DNA from: Blastocatellia bacterium
GTDB lineage: Bacteria > Acidobacteriota > Blastocatellia > UBA7656
Direction: 5' to 3'
DNA: 64,000 bases
Assembly (NCBI GenBank): GCA_963765495.1
Contig: CAVXWP010000017.1
Span: forward strand, 1 to 64,000
Shown: in pieces, positions 7,259-17,800 of the stretch
Numbering within the stretch: the stretch's first letter is position 1
Layout of the letters: each line of letters opens with the position of its first letter
Translations under genes and position numbers: made by a program
Notes under the pieces: model-generated
The model's database searches: none
What the model was told of the DNA's origin: nothing
Seen by the model: only the letters and a program-made list of their open reading frames with translations

Positions 7259-8308
7259 ATGATTAGGACACTCAAAATACGAGGAACCATATTTTGCATT
7301 GCAATTGTATTGTTGCTCGCTACGACACCAGCGCTGTTCGCACAGTCAGCTTCGGTCTATCACATTACCCACTCCTTTACACTTGGCGGCGACGGCCGAT
7401 GGGATTACGTCATACCCGATCCGCCAAATCATCGCCTGTTCATCGGACGGCAGAACCGCGTCATGGTAGTCGATGAGAATGACGGCAAACTTCTCGGGGA
7501 AGTCACCGGCATTGACGGAGCACACGGAGTGGCACTTGTCGATCACACCGGCCACGGATTCGCCACCTCTGGCAATGATGCTTCTGTCGTCATGTTCGAC
7601 CTAAAGACCTTCAAGGTGCTCAGTCGCATCCATGCCGCTGATGACGCCGACGCCATCATCTATGATAGCGTCTCGGACCGTGTCTTCACCTTCAATGGCG
7701 ACGCGCATTCTTCCACCGTAATCGAACCGGGTGCCGGGAAGCTCATCACTAATATTGAGCTTGGTGGAAAACCAGAGTATGGCGTGTCAGGCGGCAACGG
7801 CAAGGTCTACGCAAATATTACGGATAACAGCGAAGTGGTCGAGATAGACACAAAGAGTCTCAGCGTGACGCGTCGATGGTCTACAGCGCCGGCCAAACAG
7901 CCCGTCTCTATGGCGATAGACCTCAAACATCACCGGTTGTTCAGCGGCTGTCGCAATGGGATGATGGCCGTCTCGAACTATGAGACCGGCAAAGTGGTGG
8001 CGACCGTGCCAATCGGCAACGGTGTAGACGGTGCGGGGTTTGATCCCGCCACAGGTAATGCCTTCGCCTCAAACGCGGATGGGACGCTTACAGTGATTCA
8101 TCAAGACGGGGCTGACAAGTATCACGTCGTAGAGAATGTGCAAACAGCAGCAGGGGCTCGCAATATGGGGCTTGATCTAACGACGCATCGCATCTTTGTA
8201 GTCACGGCCAAGTTCGGCCCCGTACCCGCCGAAGCGACGGCAACAAATCCGAGGCGTCGCCCTCCGATAATTCCCGGCTCCTTCATGATGATGGTGATAG
8301 AGCGTTAA
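7259..8308 (+). CDS. YncE/YVTN-family secreted beta-propeller protein
   Basis: Signal peptide; GGDGRWDY, GAHGVAL and GARNMGLD repeats typical of the family. Confidence 0.85.
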   Translation: MIRTLKIRGTIFCIAIVLLLATTPALFAQSASVYHITHSFTLGGDGRWDYVIPDPPNHRLFIGRQNRVMVVDENDGKLLGEVTGIDGAHGVALVDHTGHGFATSGNDASVVMFDLKTFKVLSRIHAADDADAIIYDSVSDRVFTFNGDAHSSTVIEPGAGKLITNIELGGKPEYGVSGGNGKVYANITDNSEVVEIDTKSLSVTRRWSTAPAKQPVSMAIDLKHHRLFSGCRNGMMAVSNYETGKVVATVPIGNGVDGAGFDPATGNAFASNADGTLTVIHQDGADKYHVVENVQTAAGARNMGLDLTTHRIFVVTAKFGPVPAEATATNPRRRPPIIPGSFMMMVIER

Positions 8309-8336
8309 GGTTAGAGAGCGATTTAAGGGATGGATT

Positions 8337-8855
8337 TTATGCAACCTTAAACTCTTGGGTCAACCTCATCTCTTCTTCTTTAAGTCCGTTTTTGAGGTCG
8401 TCCCTGTATTCTCCTATAACTACTTCGCCGTACTTTATCGACCGCAGTTTGCGGTCCGTATTGAACTTTTCAAGTACAAGCATGGTGATCCGTGAAGTTA
8501 CGAGATTTCGCTTACCGGCTGGAATATGGAATACAAGGCGCATCCCTTTGCTGATTGCCGCGATATCCTCCTTGAGGTGAAATCCCTTGTCATCACAAAT
8601 ACTCAGCAGATTGGCTAGCGTCAACTCCTCTCCCAACTGCCCCCCTGTCAGCAGCCCGTTCAACGCTGCCGGGTCTGTCAGCAGGAATCTGTATTCCCTC
8701 TTCTCTGTATAAATCCTTATCAGATCACCGTGATCTAATGAATCTATGGCCACCTCTTTGATTGCCACCTCAGGTCCAGCCAGTGGCCATGTATTTATGA
8801 GCGTCTCGTTCATCATCGGATTGATTGCCGTATTTTCAATACTGGTATTCATCAA
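8337..8855 (-). CDS. Hypothetical protein (paralog of 13542-14000)
   Basis: AAAGGA ribosome-binding site; duplicated ORF with conserved frame. Confidence 0.65.
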   Translation of the reverse strand: MMNTSIENTAINPMMNETLINTWPLAGPEVAIKEVAIDSLDHGDLIRIYTEKREYRFLLTDPAALNGLLTGGQLGEELTLANLLSICDDKGFHLKEDIAAISKGMRLVFHIPAGKRNLVTSRITMLVLEKFNTDRKLRSIKYGEVVIGEYRDDLKNGLKEEEMRLTQEFKVA

Positions 8856-8906
8856 AATATTTCCTTTCTATTTCGGGGTCTTTCTCTCATGCTTGCTTCT
8901 GAGAAT

Positions 8907-9299
8907 TCACAATGCCAGATTCCCCGCTGCGTCTTTTTGTAGCAGGATTGCTCGTATCTCCATCAACGATTCTTTCGCCACATAGTAACTCGCCCCCGAT
9001 TCCTTCGCCTTCTCCCGGAACTTCGCGTCGTCATAGTTGGTTACTATCACTATCTTTGCCTCGGGAAACGCGTCTCGGATGTCACGTGTGGCGGTGAGTC
9101 CGTCTACTCTTTCCATCCTTATGTCCATCAAGACCCAGTCGGGTTGGAATCGGCTGTAGGCGGAAAGCGCATCTTCGCCGTCCACACATTCGGTGATCGA
9201 TTCGGCGATATCTTTTACCAGGCCCCTGATCAGCCGCCGCATATGAAAATTGTCTTCCACGATCATGAGTTTCATTTCCCAACCAGTCTTTCTAAGCAC
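8907..9299 (-). CDS. Single-domain response regulator (receiver only)
   Basis: MIVEDN...VLMDIRM...DGL...VTNY...AK; start probably at MKLMIVED. Confidence 0.9.
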   Translation of the reverse strand: MLRKTGWEMKLMIVEDNFHMRRLIRGLVKDIAESITECVDGEDALSAYSRFQPDWVLMDIRMERVDGLTATRDIRDAFPEAKIVIVTNYDDAKFREKAKESGASYYVAKESLMEIRAILLQKDAAGNLAL

Positions 9300-9305
9300 G
9301 GTCTT

Positions 9306-9395
9306 ATTATTGTGTGAATATGGATTTAAGTGAATGGGGAGTTCTCCCCTATTTCACAGGGTAGATTTCCCCTTTTTATTAGGTAGTTCTACCTA
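9306..9395 (-). promoter_or_regulatory. Promoter with three phased palindromic operator boxes
   Basis: GGGGAGTTCTCCCC, AGGGTAGATTTCCCCT and AGGTAGTTCTACCT with centres 23 and 22 bp apart, followed on the minus strand by TTCACT-N17-AATAAT. Confidence 0.6.
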
Positions 9396-9422
9396 TCAGG
9401 ATGGAGGGATCAGGAGTCAGGG

Positions 9423-10076
9423 TCAGGGATTTGGCATATTCTCAAGCGCGAATTTCAGCAGCGCGTTTCTTCCCTTTAGCTCTAGTTTTTCGCTCATGTT
9501 CTCGCGGTGATGCTCGACCGTGCGCGGGCTGATGTACAACTCGGCGGCGATCTCCTTGCTCGTCTTGTATTCGGCTATCATTTTGAGTATTCGCCGCTCG
9601 GTCTCGGTTAGTTTCACCAGGGCCGACTCCTCGCCTGTAGAGTCGTCGCGGCGGCTCCGGTTTATAAGGTAGTTCGATAATGTCGGCGAGATATAGGTCT
9701 TGCCTTCAACGACTGCCTTGATGCATTTGACTATATCGGCGACGGCGCTGTTTTTCAGGACATATCCCTTCACGCCCAGGTCCATGGCTCCATTGAAGAA
9801 CTGCTCGTCGTCATACATCGTCAGCAGAATCACCTTTGCATCCATCCCTCGATCCCGCACAGTTCTCACAACCTCAAGACCGTCTTTGCCGGGCATCTCG
9901 ACATCGAGCACGGCGACATCGGGGCTGGTCTGGCGCAGCATCTCAAGCGCCGACTCTCCGTCTTCGGCTTCGCCTACAACTTTGAGTTTCGGGTCTGCTT
10001 CGATGATCTCTCGCAACCCCTTGCGGAAGATCGGGTGGTCGTCGGCGATCACTATGCTTATCTCAGGGTTTTCCAT
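9423..10076 (-). CDS. NarL/LuxR-family DNA-binding response regulator
   Basis: IADDHPIFRKGL receiver domain plus LTETERRIL...SKEIAAELYISPRTVEHHR HTH. Confidence 0.95.
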   Translation of the reverse strand: MENPEISIVIADDHPIFRKGLREIIEADPKLKVVGEAEDGESALEMLRQTSPDVAVLDVEMPGKDGLEVVRTVRDRGMDAKVILLTMYDDEQFFNGAMDLGVKGYVLKNSAVADIVKCIKAVVEGKTYISPTLSNYLINRSRRDDSTGEESALVKLTETERRILKMIAEYKTSKEIAAELYISPRTVEHHRENMSEKLELKGRNALLKFALENMPNP

Positions 10077-13000
10077 CTGCGCTTCCTTTCAAAGGCAGTA
10101 ATATTCTGAGAGTCGTCCCCCTTTCGGGAGAGGAATCAATCGTCAGCGAGCCTTTGAGCAGACGAATCCGCTCGTCAATGCTGGCAACTCCGAGCCCTGC
10201 CCTCCGATTGAAGATCGAAGATTCCGGATCGTCTTTGAACCCTTTGCCATCGTCCTTGATCGTTACGCTAAGGATGTCTCCGCCGCAGTCTACGACGACC
10301 AGCGCCTCGCTCGCGTACGAATGCTTGACGATGTTATTAATGCTCTCCTGAATGATGCGATAGAGGTTAATCTCGTATTCTTTGGAAAGCAATCCGTCGA
10401 GCGAAACGATACGCGAAGAGAATTTAATGCCGGAGGCGGATTCGACCTTTTCCATCATGTCTTCGAGCGCGCTCTTGAGACCGAACCGATCGAGGTGCAG
10501 TGGACGCAAATTATAGGCTATCTGCTTCGCTTCGGCGATGGCTTCCGAAACGATAGAGTCTATCTCCTTGAACTGCTCGACGGCCTTGCTGTTGGAGTCC
10601 GACAGGCCAGTGCCTATCATAGCGCGGTTTTTGATAACCAGCAGGTTTTGGCCGAGGCCGTCGTGAAGTTCTGAGGCTATGCGCTTGCGTTCCGTCTCCT
10701 GAGATGAAACCAGCCGGCGCGAGAATGCCTGTTGCGCCGCCTGCGCTCGTTTCAAATTCCCTATGCGAAGACGGTATATGATCGCGACAACTCCGGCAAC
10801 AGATAAAAGTATAAGCACCTGAAACCACCACGTCTGATAGAACAGCGGTATCACTACTATCCTTATTGTCGCGCCTTCTTCATTCCACACTCCATCGGCG
10901 TTGGCCGCTACCACTCTAAAAGTATACGTACCAGCAGGGATATGCGAATAGAAAGCAGAACGGCGGCTTCCAGCTTCGACCCAATCAGCCTCCAGCCCCT
11001 CGATCTTATAACGGAAGCTTGCCGATTCGGGTCTGATGAGGCTCAGGCCCGTATAGCGTATTTCAAGGTTCTGCTGATCCGAAGATATCTCCACCCCCTC
11101 GCCGAAGGCGGTATCTTTGCGGTTGAGGAGGACTGATTCTATGATCACGGGGGGTGGTAGAGGATTAAAGGATATATCTTTCGGGTCGATCTCGACGACG
11201 CCATTCAGAGTCGGAAACCATAATCGCCCGTCGCGCGCGCGAAGGCCAGCGGGCTGGCGACCTCCGTTACATTCCGAATTCTCCATTCCGTCCTTGACGC
11301 CGTAAGAGATCGAAGTGAGCCGATTAAGTTTCCCGTCCGCGAAACGCTCAAGTTGATTTCGGCTCACACGATAGATGCCCTGATTGCTGCTCATCCAGAA
11401 ATTACCTGCGTCGTCTTCGAGTATCTGAAACACTCCGTTGCTGAACAACCCGTCATCGGTCGTGTAGCGGGTGAGGTGTCCATCTTTGAAGCGATTCAAG
11501 CCGCCATCATATGTGCCTATCCATATCGTGCCTTGATGGTCTTCATAAAGCGAGCGGACGCGATTGCTCGACAAACCGTCGCCTTCGGTGTAAGACGTAA
11601 ACTGGCCGTCGTGATAACGAACCAGCCCCCCGTAGGTGCCTATCCAGAGAGCACCCTGTCGGTCTTCGATCATCGCGTGTATCTCTTCATTGGGAAGCCC
11701 GTCTTCTTTTCTATAGCGTCGGCTCTTTCCGTCCTTATTCTCGAACAATCCCTTTCGAGTGCCGAACCAGAGAACGCCTTTATGGTCTCGAAGGATGACG
11801 TTGATGTCGGCCCAATCGCTTGAATCGCCAAGCATAGAGCTCTCATCAGTAAACCTGCCGTCTTTGTATGAAATCAGCGATTCTGTTGCGCCGATCCAAA
11901 TCCGGCCATCGTAATCCTCATATAGCCCCATAATATTATAGTATCGGGAATTGCTTGTTCGATCATTTGGGCTGAGGGTCGGCGGGTAGTATGTGTAAAC
12001 GCCGTCCTTGAATCGGAAGAGACCATCTCCGCCTATCCACAGGTTACCTGCGCGGTCTTCGATCATCGGGTATAAACTCTTGCCTCCAATCCCTGATGTC
12101 AGAACGTGCGATCTGATGATCTGTTTATTGATACGGAACATTCCGTTGCCGTTTGTGCCTACCCAGAGCGTTCCCTCGCGATCTTCGTAAATCGCCACGA
12201 TTTGATTTGATGGAAGCCCTTCCTCGGTGGTGAAGGTTGTGAAACGACCGTCCTGATATTTCACAAGCCCGCCGCCGGAGGTGCCAAGCCAGAGCGTCCC
12301 TTCCCGGTCTTCACAAAAGGTCCTGATCAGGTATGGAGGCAATCCATCTTTAGTGGTGAAGTGGGTCAACTCTCCATCCTTGAGCATGAAGAGATCTGAC
12401 TGCTCGGTGCCTATCCATAGCCTGCCCTCCCTGTCTTCGTAAAGCTGGGGACGGGACTGATCGTCTGTGTCGAACGGAGGGACTGTGTAGTCGGTCACAT
12501 TGCCATCTTTGACACAGCGTAATGTCGTGTCGAGCCTGTACCATAGAGCGGCTGACCCTCCCTCGTAACCGAGTACCGCATCGAAGGATTTCAAATCCGT
12601 AGAGATGGTAGTGAACCGCCCATCCTGCCATCGGGCGAGTCCACTGCTTGTGCGAACGAGAATCTTACCGTCATCAGTCTGGCGCAGGGCGAATGTCCAA
12701 TTGTCGGACAGACCGTCCTGTGTTGTGAAGGAGGTGAAGGTGCCGTCGCGGTAACGGGTCAAACCGCCGTCTTCGGTGCAAATCCACAGATTCTTGTCGC
12801 GGTCTTCGAATAGTTTTGTGAAACGATTGCTGTTGACCCCTTTGGAATTTAGTTTGTTGAAAACCTTGAATCGGACGCCGTCGTAACGAACCAGCCCGTC
12901 GAGGGTCGTGATCCATAGATACCCGTCAGAGGTTTGCAGAATCGAGTAGACTGAGTTTTGAGGCAGGCCGCTGCCCGATGTCCAGGAATCAAAACGATAA

Positions 13001-13092
13001 CGGGCTGTGTCGCCAAGAACGGGCTGGCTACCTGCGAGCAGCAAACATGAGAAAGCTACCAGAAGAATGATGCTTGGACGATCTCTTATCAC
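10063..13092 (-). CDS. Sensor histidine kinase with periplasmic beta-propeller and Y_Y_Y domains (HisKA_3 type)
   Basis: EDRxGxLWIGT/GLxSN repeats, a transmembrane helix, ERKRIASELHDGLGQ, QESINNIVKH and DDGKGF. Confidence 0.95.
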   Translation of the reverse strand: MIRDRPSIILLVAFSCLLLAGSQPVLGDTARYRFDSWTSGSGLPQNSVYSILQTSDGYLWITTLDGLVRYDGVRFKVFNKLNSKGVNSNRFTKLFEDRDKNLWICTEDGGLTRYRDGTFTSFTTQDGLSDNWTFALRQTDDGKILVRTSSGLARWQDGRFTTISTDLKSFDAVLGYEGGSAALWYRLDTTLRCVKDGNVTDYTVPPFDTDDQSRPQLYEDREGRLWIGTEQSDLFMLKDGELTHFTTKDGLPPYLIRTFCEDREGTLWLGTSGGGLVKYQDGRFTTFTTEEGLPSNQIVAIYEDREGTLWVGTNGNGMFRINKQIIRSHVLTSGIGGKSLYPMIEDRAGNLWIGGDGLFRFKDGVYTYYPPTLSPNDRTSNSRYYNIMGLYEDYDGRIWIGATESLISYKDGRFTDESSMLGDSSDWADINVILRDHKGVLWFGTRKGLFENKDGKSRRYRKEDGLPNEEIHAMIEDRQGALWIGTYGGLVRYHDGQFTSYTEGDGLSSNRVRSLYEDHQGTIWIGTYDGGLNRFKDGHLTRYTTDDGLFSNGVFQILEDDAGNFWMSSNQGIYRVSRNQLERFADGKLNRLTSISYGVKDGMENSECNGGRQPAGLRARDGRLWFPTLNGVVEIDPKDISFNPLPPPVIIESVLLNRKDTAFGEGVEISSDQQNLEIRYTGLSLIRPESASFRYKIEGLEADWVEAGSRRSAFYSHIPAGTYTFRVVAANADGVWNEEGATIRIVVIPLFYQTWWFQVLILLSVAGVVAIIYRLRIGNLKRAQAAQQAFSRRLVSSQETERKRIASELHDGLGQNLLVIKNRAMIGTGLSDSNSKAVEQFKEIDSIVSEAIAEAKQIAYNLRPLHLDRFGLKSALEDMMEKVESASGIKFSSRIVSLDGLLSKEYEINLYRIIQESINNIVKHSYASEALVVVDCGGDILSVTIKDDGKGFKDDPESSIFNRRAGLGVASIDERIRLLKGSLTIDSSPERGTTLRILLPLKGSADGKP

Positions 13093-13541
13093 AATTCGGC
13101 ACTCGAAAGATTCCGCGTATTATGTAATCCCTGATAAACCATCGAGCCGGCTCAGATGGGATTGCAAATTCCAAACCTGCGCCAGAGGCTGTGAGTAGTG
13201 TATCATTTTTTTCTGTACTGTATAAAACAGATCACCAAAAATCGTTTGCCTCAGAGAGCCTCGATTGATCTGGCTTGCGGCGATTTTGTGACAAATATTT
13301 TTAGCTACCCGATGGCGTAGAGTGATATTCACATCTGGCTGATGGCTGCAACTTGCTGAAGAGGTAGTCACATATTATTGTGTGTCACTAAAATAAGGAA
13401 TCATTTGGCTGCCTTCTCCGCCTCGCCTTTGGTTGATACTACCCTGTTGAATTTACCTGTGTAGTAGCGGTTGGTAGCAAGGTTGTGCCCGCCATCAGCA
13501 AGGCTATAGATAATAACCCCACGATGATTTTCTTCTCTGTG

Positions 13542-14000
13542 TCAATCCGCAGTTTTATCTCTATTCTCCTTCACAATTGGGGGGTGCGAGGCCGCCTTTT
13601 TACATTCGGTCTTTTCAAGTGCAAGTCTGGTAATCTTCGAAGTTATGAGGTTTCTCTTTCCGGCTGGAATATAGAACAATAGGCGCATCCCTTTGCTGAT
13701 TGCCGCGATATCCTCCTTGAGGTGAAATCCCTTGTCATCACAAATACTCAGCAGATTGGCTAGCGTCAACTCCTCTCCCAACTGCCCCCCTGTCAGCAGC
13801 CCGTTCAACGCTGCCGGGTCTGTCAGCAGGAATCTGTATTCCCTCTTCTCTGTATAAATCCTTATCAGATCACCGTGATCTAATGAATCTATGGCCACCT
13901 CTTTGATTGTCGCGTCAGGTCCAACCAGGGGCCCTGAGTTGACGAGTCTGCCATTCATCATCGGATTGATTGCCGTATTTTCAATACTGGTATTCATCAA
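13542..14000 (-). CDS. Hypothetical protein (paralog of 8337-8855, different C-terminus)
   Basis: Part of the direct repeat. Confidence 0.65.
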   Translation of the reverse strand: MMNTSIENTAINPMMNGRLVNSGPLVGPDATIKEVAIDSLDHGDLIRIYTEKREYRFLLTDPAALNGLLTGGQLGEELTLANLLSICDDKGFHLKEDIAAISKGMRLLFYIPAGKRNLITSKITRLALEKTECKKAASHPPIVKENRDKTAD

Positions 14001-14545
14001 AATATTTCCTTTCTATTTCGGGGTCTTTCTCTCATGCTTGCTTCTGAGAATTCACAATGCCAGATTCCCCGCTGCGTCTTTTTGTAGCAGGATTGCTCGT
14101 ATCTCCATCAACGATTCTTTCGCCACATAGTAACTCGCCCCCGATTCCTTCGCCTTCTCCCGGAACTTCGCGTCGTCATAGTTGGTTACTATCACTATCT
14201 TTGCCTCGGGAAACGCGTCTCGGATGTCACGTGTGGCGGTGAGTCCGTCTACTCTTTCCATCCTTATATCCATCAAGACCCAGTCGGGTTGGAATCGGCT
14301 GTAGGCGGAAAGCGCATCTTCGCCGTCCACGCATTCGGTGATCGATTCGGCGATATCTTTTACCAGGCCCCTGATCAGCCGCCGCATATGAAAATTGTCT
14401 TCCACGATCATGAGTTTCATTTCCCAACCAGTCTTTCTAAGCACGGTCTTATTATTGTGTGAATATGGATTTAAGTGAATGGGGAGTTCTCCCCTATTTC
14501 ACAGGGTAGATTTCCCCTTTTTATTAGGTAGTTCTACCTATCAGG
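13681..14545. repeat. Direct repeat copy 2
   Basis: Matches 8536-9400. Confidence 0.95.
14052..14444 (-). CDS. Single-domain response regulator (same protein as 8907-9299)
   Basis: Identical translation. Confidence 0.9.
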   Translation of the reverse strand: MLRKTGWEMKLMIVEDNFHMRRLIRGLVKDIAESITECVDGEDALSAYSRFQPDWVLMDIRMERVDGLTATRDIRDAFPEAKIVIVTNYDDAKFREKAKESGASYYVAKESLMEIRAILLQKDAAGNLAL

Positions 14546-14716
14546 GAGCGGGGGGCGGGGTCTGGTGTATTATATTTCACAGGCGTCAGATTACTTTCGC
14601 CTGTGGACGCTTATGCCACAGTCAGGACTGTTACAAGGCAGCTTTGACCGGCTTATTTTTTTTCGGATCTGGAAATTTACGCCGACCCGATCAAAGCAAA
14701 TTACATTGAAGGGAAG

Positions 14717-14773
14717 CCACGAATTGCCACGAATAAAAACAACCAGCGTGTGAGAATTCGCTTAATTCGTGGC
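14717..14773. repeat. Palindromic intergenic repeat (GCCACGAAT x2 ... AATTCGTGGC)
   Basis: Nonamer tandem plus inverted copy downstream of the protease gene. Confidence 0.6.
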
Positions 14774-14804
14774 CTCCCTTCCGAGAGCCCGTTCAAGACT
14801 CGCG

Positions 14805-17800
14805 CTAATTCGGATATGAACAGTTGCAGGAGCTATCACTCAGATCACGATCAGTTATCGTGCAGAGCACCTTGCCCGGAGGGCTCTGTATCGAGCCGCT
14901 TCCTTTCTTAGTCGACATATCCACTGTTATGTTTATTCTCCTTGTCGGTTCGTTGGTTGTCAGCGTACACACGCATCCTTTCTTTGTCGCTACACCCGTA
15001 CCCGTGTATTTCTGTCCGTTGAAACACAACAGGTACTCTCCGGTAAAGCTGTTAATCAGAAGCACTGTGTTTGCGTTCGAATCATCCTGTAAGCATATAT
15101 CGAACACTCTCACCTTAAATGTGCAGGTTGCTTTGTTGCCGCTTGTGTCGGTTGCTGTGCAAGTTACCACTGTCGTGCCAACCGGGAAGAGACTGCCTGA
15201 CGCTTTCGAATAGGTTACGACCACACCAGGGCAGTTATCGGCCGCAATCGGCGCGGGGTAATTCACAACTATTCCAGTCGAACTGAAAGGACACTGCGGA
15301 GGCACCGCCACAGTTATATCCGCCGGACAACTTATCGTCGGCAACTGTGTGTCATTGACGGTCACGGTGAAACTGCAAGTCTGTCCGCCGGGGCTAACCG
15401 TGCAGGTGACGGTCGTTGTGCCCTTCGGGAAGAAGGAACCCGATGGAGGGCTACAGGCCACACTGCCGCATCCTGCAAGTGTGGTTGGCGTAGCATAAGT
15501 GACCACGGCCCCACATTGATTCGGGTCGTTGGATTTGACTATATTGGCGGGGCAGACGATTGCTCCGCACACGGTAAATGTGAATACGGCCGGTGTTTTC
15601 ACACCGTTCACGGCTGCATTGACGGTAAAGATACCGCCTGTAGAGTTGGCAGTCAGAGTCGGCGCGGTTGCCTGACCATTGATATTCGTCGTGACAGTGG
15701 CCTGCGTGACGTTGCCTGGGAAGGTGCCTCCGCTGCCGTTGTTTGGCACGACTGTGAAAGTTACGCTCACGTTACTGACGGGCACGTTGCCGCTGTCACG
15801 CACCGTGGCCTGAAGCGGAGTGGCAAAGGCTTGACCGGCCTGCGTGACCTGCGGGGTGCCTGCCGTGGCGGTGATGGTAGCCGGAGGGCCCGTATTGGTA
15901 AGGCTGAAATTGACCGTCGGGAATGCCGGGCCGATGCCCGCCGTTACATTGTAGGAGCCGGTTGTGCCGTTGGCAGTAAAGGTTGGCGAGTTGACTATAC
16001 CGCTTGCGTTTGTCATTCCCGTGGCGGTAGCCGACGCGCCAAACAGCCCGCTCGGCCCGCTTCCCGGCGCTGTGTAAGTTACCGTCACTCCATTGATCAG
16101 GTTGCCGGACTCTGTCACAGTTGCCTGCAACAACGAGCCAAATGCAGTGTTGATGACGGCCGATTGCGGGGTGCCCGCGGTTGCCACCAGAAGGTAATTT
16201 GCCTCAACCGCGCCGATATCCGCCTGCCCCCCTACGACTCGCTGCAAACTTCGCTGATCAAGACCCATGGTAAGCCCCGTATCGCCGGTATTGATGACCG
16301 GGCTGTTGGGCGCGGGCAGAAGCGAAGGCGTAGGTCCGCCATAATTTCCAAGAGGGAAAAGGTTCGGGCTTACGCCCGTGATGTTGCTGCCTGTGGTGCC
16401 GGTGATCGTACCGCCTGCGGTTGTTTGTATCAGGTTGAAGCCCTGCGAACTGAAGCTTGTACCGCTGATGTCAACACCCGATCCGCCGACTCCCGTCAGC
16501 GCGCCGCCGGCGATGATATTGTTCTTAAAGGTAAGCGTGCCACCGCCTCTGAAGATGTTGCCGCCCACATTGGCGCTGTTCCCAAAGACGGTCGAGTTTG
16601 TCAGTGTCATAGACGTGAAGAACGCGATTCCGCCGCCCGCGCCAAACGGCCCGCAGACGTTTCCGCTGATCGTGCTGTTATTGATCGTCATCGATGTGCC
16701 TTCATTGAACACACCGCCGCCGAGATAAAAAGCGCCGTTGGAGGCTATGTTGTTTGTGATGGTATTGTTTGTGATCGCACAACGTGTGATGGTCACAACC
16801 CCACCCTCGTTATCAACACCGCCGCCGCTTGGATTCCCTGAATTTGTGGCGCTGTTGGCAGTTATCACAGAGTCGATTAGGTTCACCGTGCCGCTTTGGA
16901 TAAGCACGCCCCCGCCGCCGAAGAAATCGGTCCCGTCTGATTTTGTCGATCCCTCTTTTATAGTCAGTCCCGATATTTCGACCGTGTTGCCAGCGCCCGC
17001 AGCGATATTGACAACACGGCTCTGGTGATTGCCGCTGATAGCCAGCACGCCTGCGCCCGGCCCTGTGATTGTGATTGCCTTGCTGATAGTCAGTTCGTCG
17101 CCGGTTAAAGTGATGGTCCCGGTGACGGTCGGGTCAAAGGTGATGACAGCGCCTGCGCAGGCATTGGTGATGATGTCGCGCAATGTGCCCGCCCCGCTGT
17201 TGCCGTTATTGGTGACCACAAAATTCCCCGGACAATTGTTTGTGAGGTTGAAACTGACCGGCGGAAGATTATTGACCGTAGCCGTAACCGCATAACTTCC
17301 GGCCGTCGTATTCGCGGTAAAGGCAGACGCTGTCGCTACTCCACTGCCGTTGGTCACAACGGTCAAAGTCGAAACGCCGCCCGCAAACGTGCCGCTCGCC
17401 CCACTGGACGGCGCGGTAAAGGTTACAGCCACCCCGCTCAGAAGATTTGTATTGCCGTCACGAACAGTAGCCTGCAACGCGGTCGGGAATAGTGTGCCCG
17501 GAAGCGTTGACTGGCCGTCGCCCGCTGTCGCCGTAAGCGATGCGGGTATCGTTCCTGCGATCACAAGCGTGTAGCCCATCGTGCCTGCCGGGCATCCGGC
17601 AGCATCACTGGCCGTTATCGTTATTGAGAAACTCCCCGCCTGAGTCGGGGTGCCGGATATGGTATTACCGGAAAATGTCAGGCCCGCCGGCAACCCGCCT
17701 GTGAGCGAGAAACCATAAGAACCGCTGCCGCCTGATGCGTTGAACGATTGAGTGTAGGGCACTCCGATTGCCCCGCTTGCGATCACGCCGTTGGTAATCG

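Larger units (their letters stand above)
8536..9400. repeat. Direct repeat copy 1 (about 865 bp; copy 2 at 13681-14545)
   Basis: Near-identical at offset 5145; weaker similarity extends to about 8467/13612. Confidence 0.95.
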
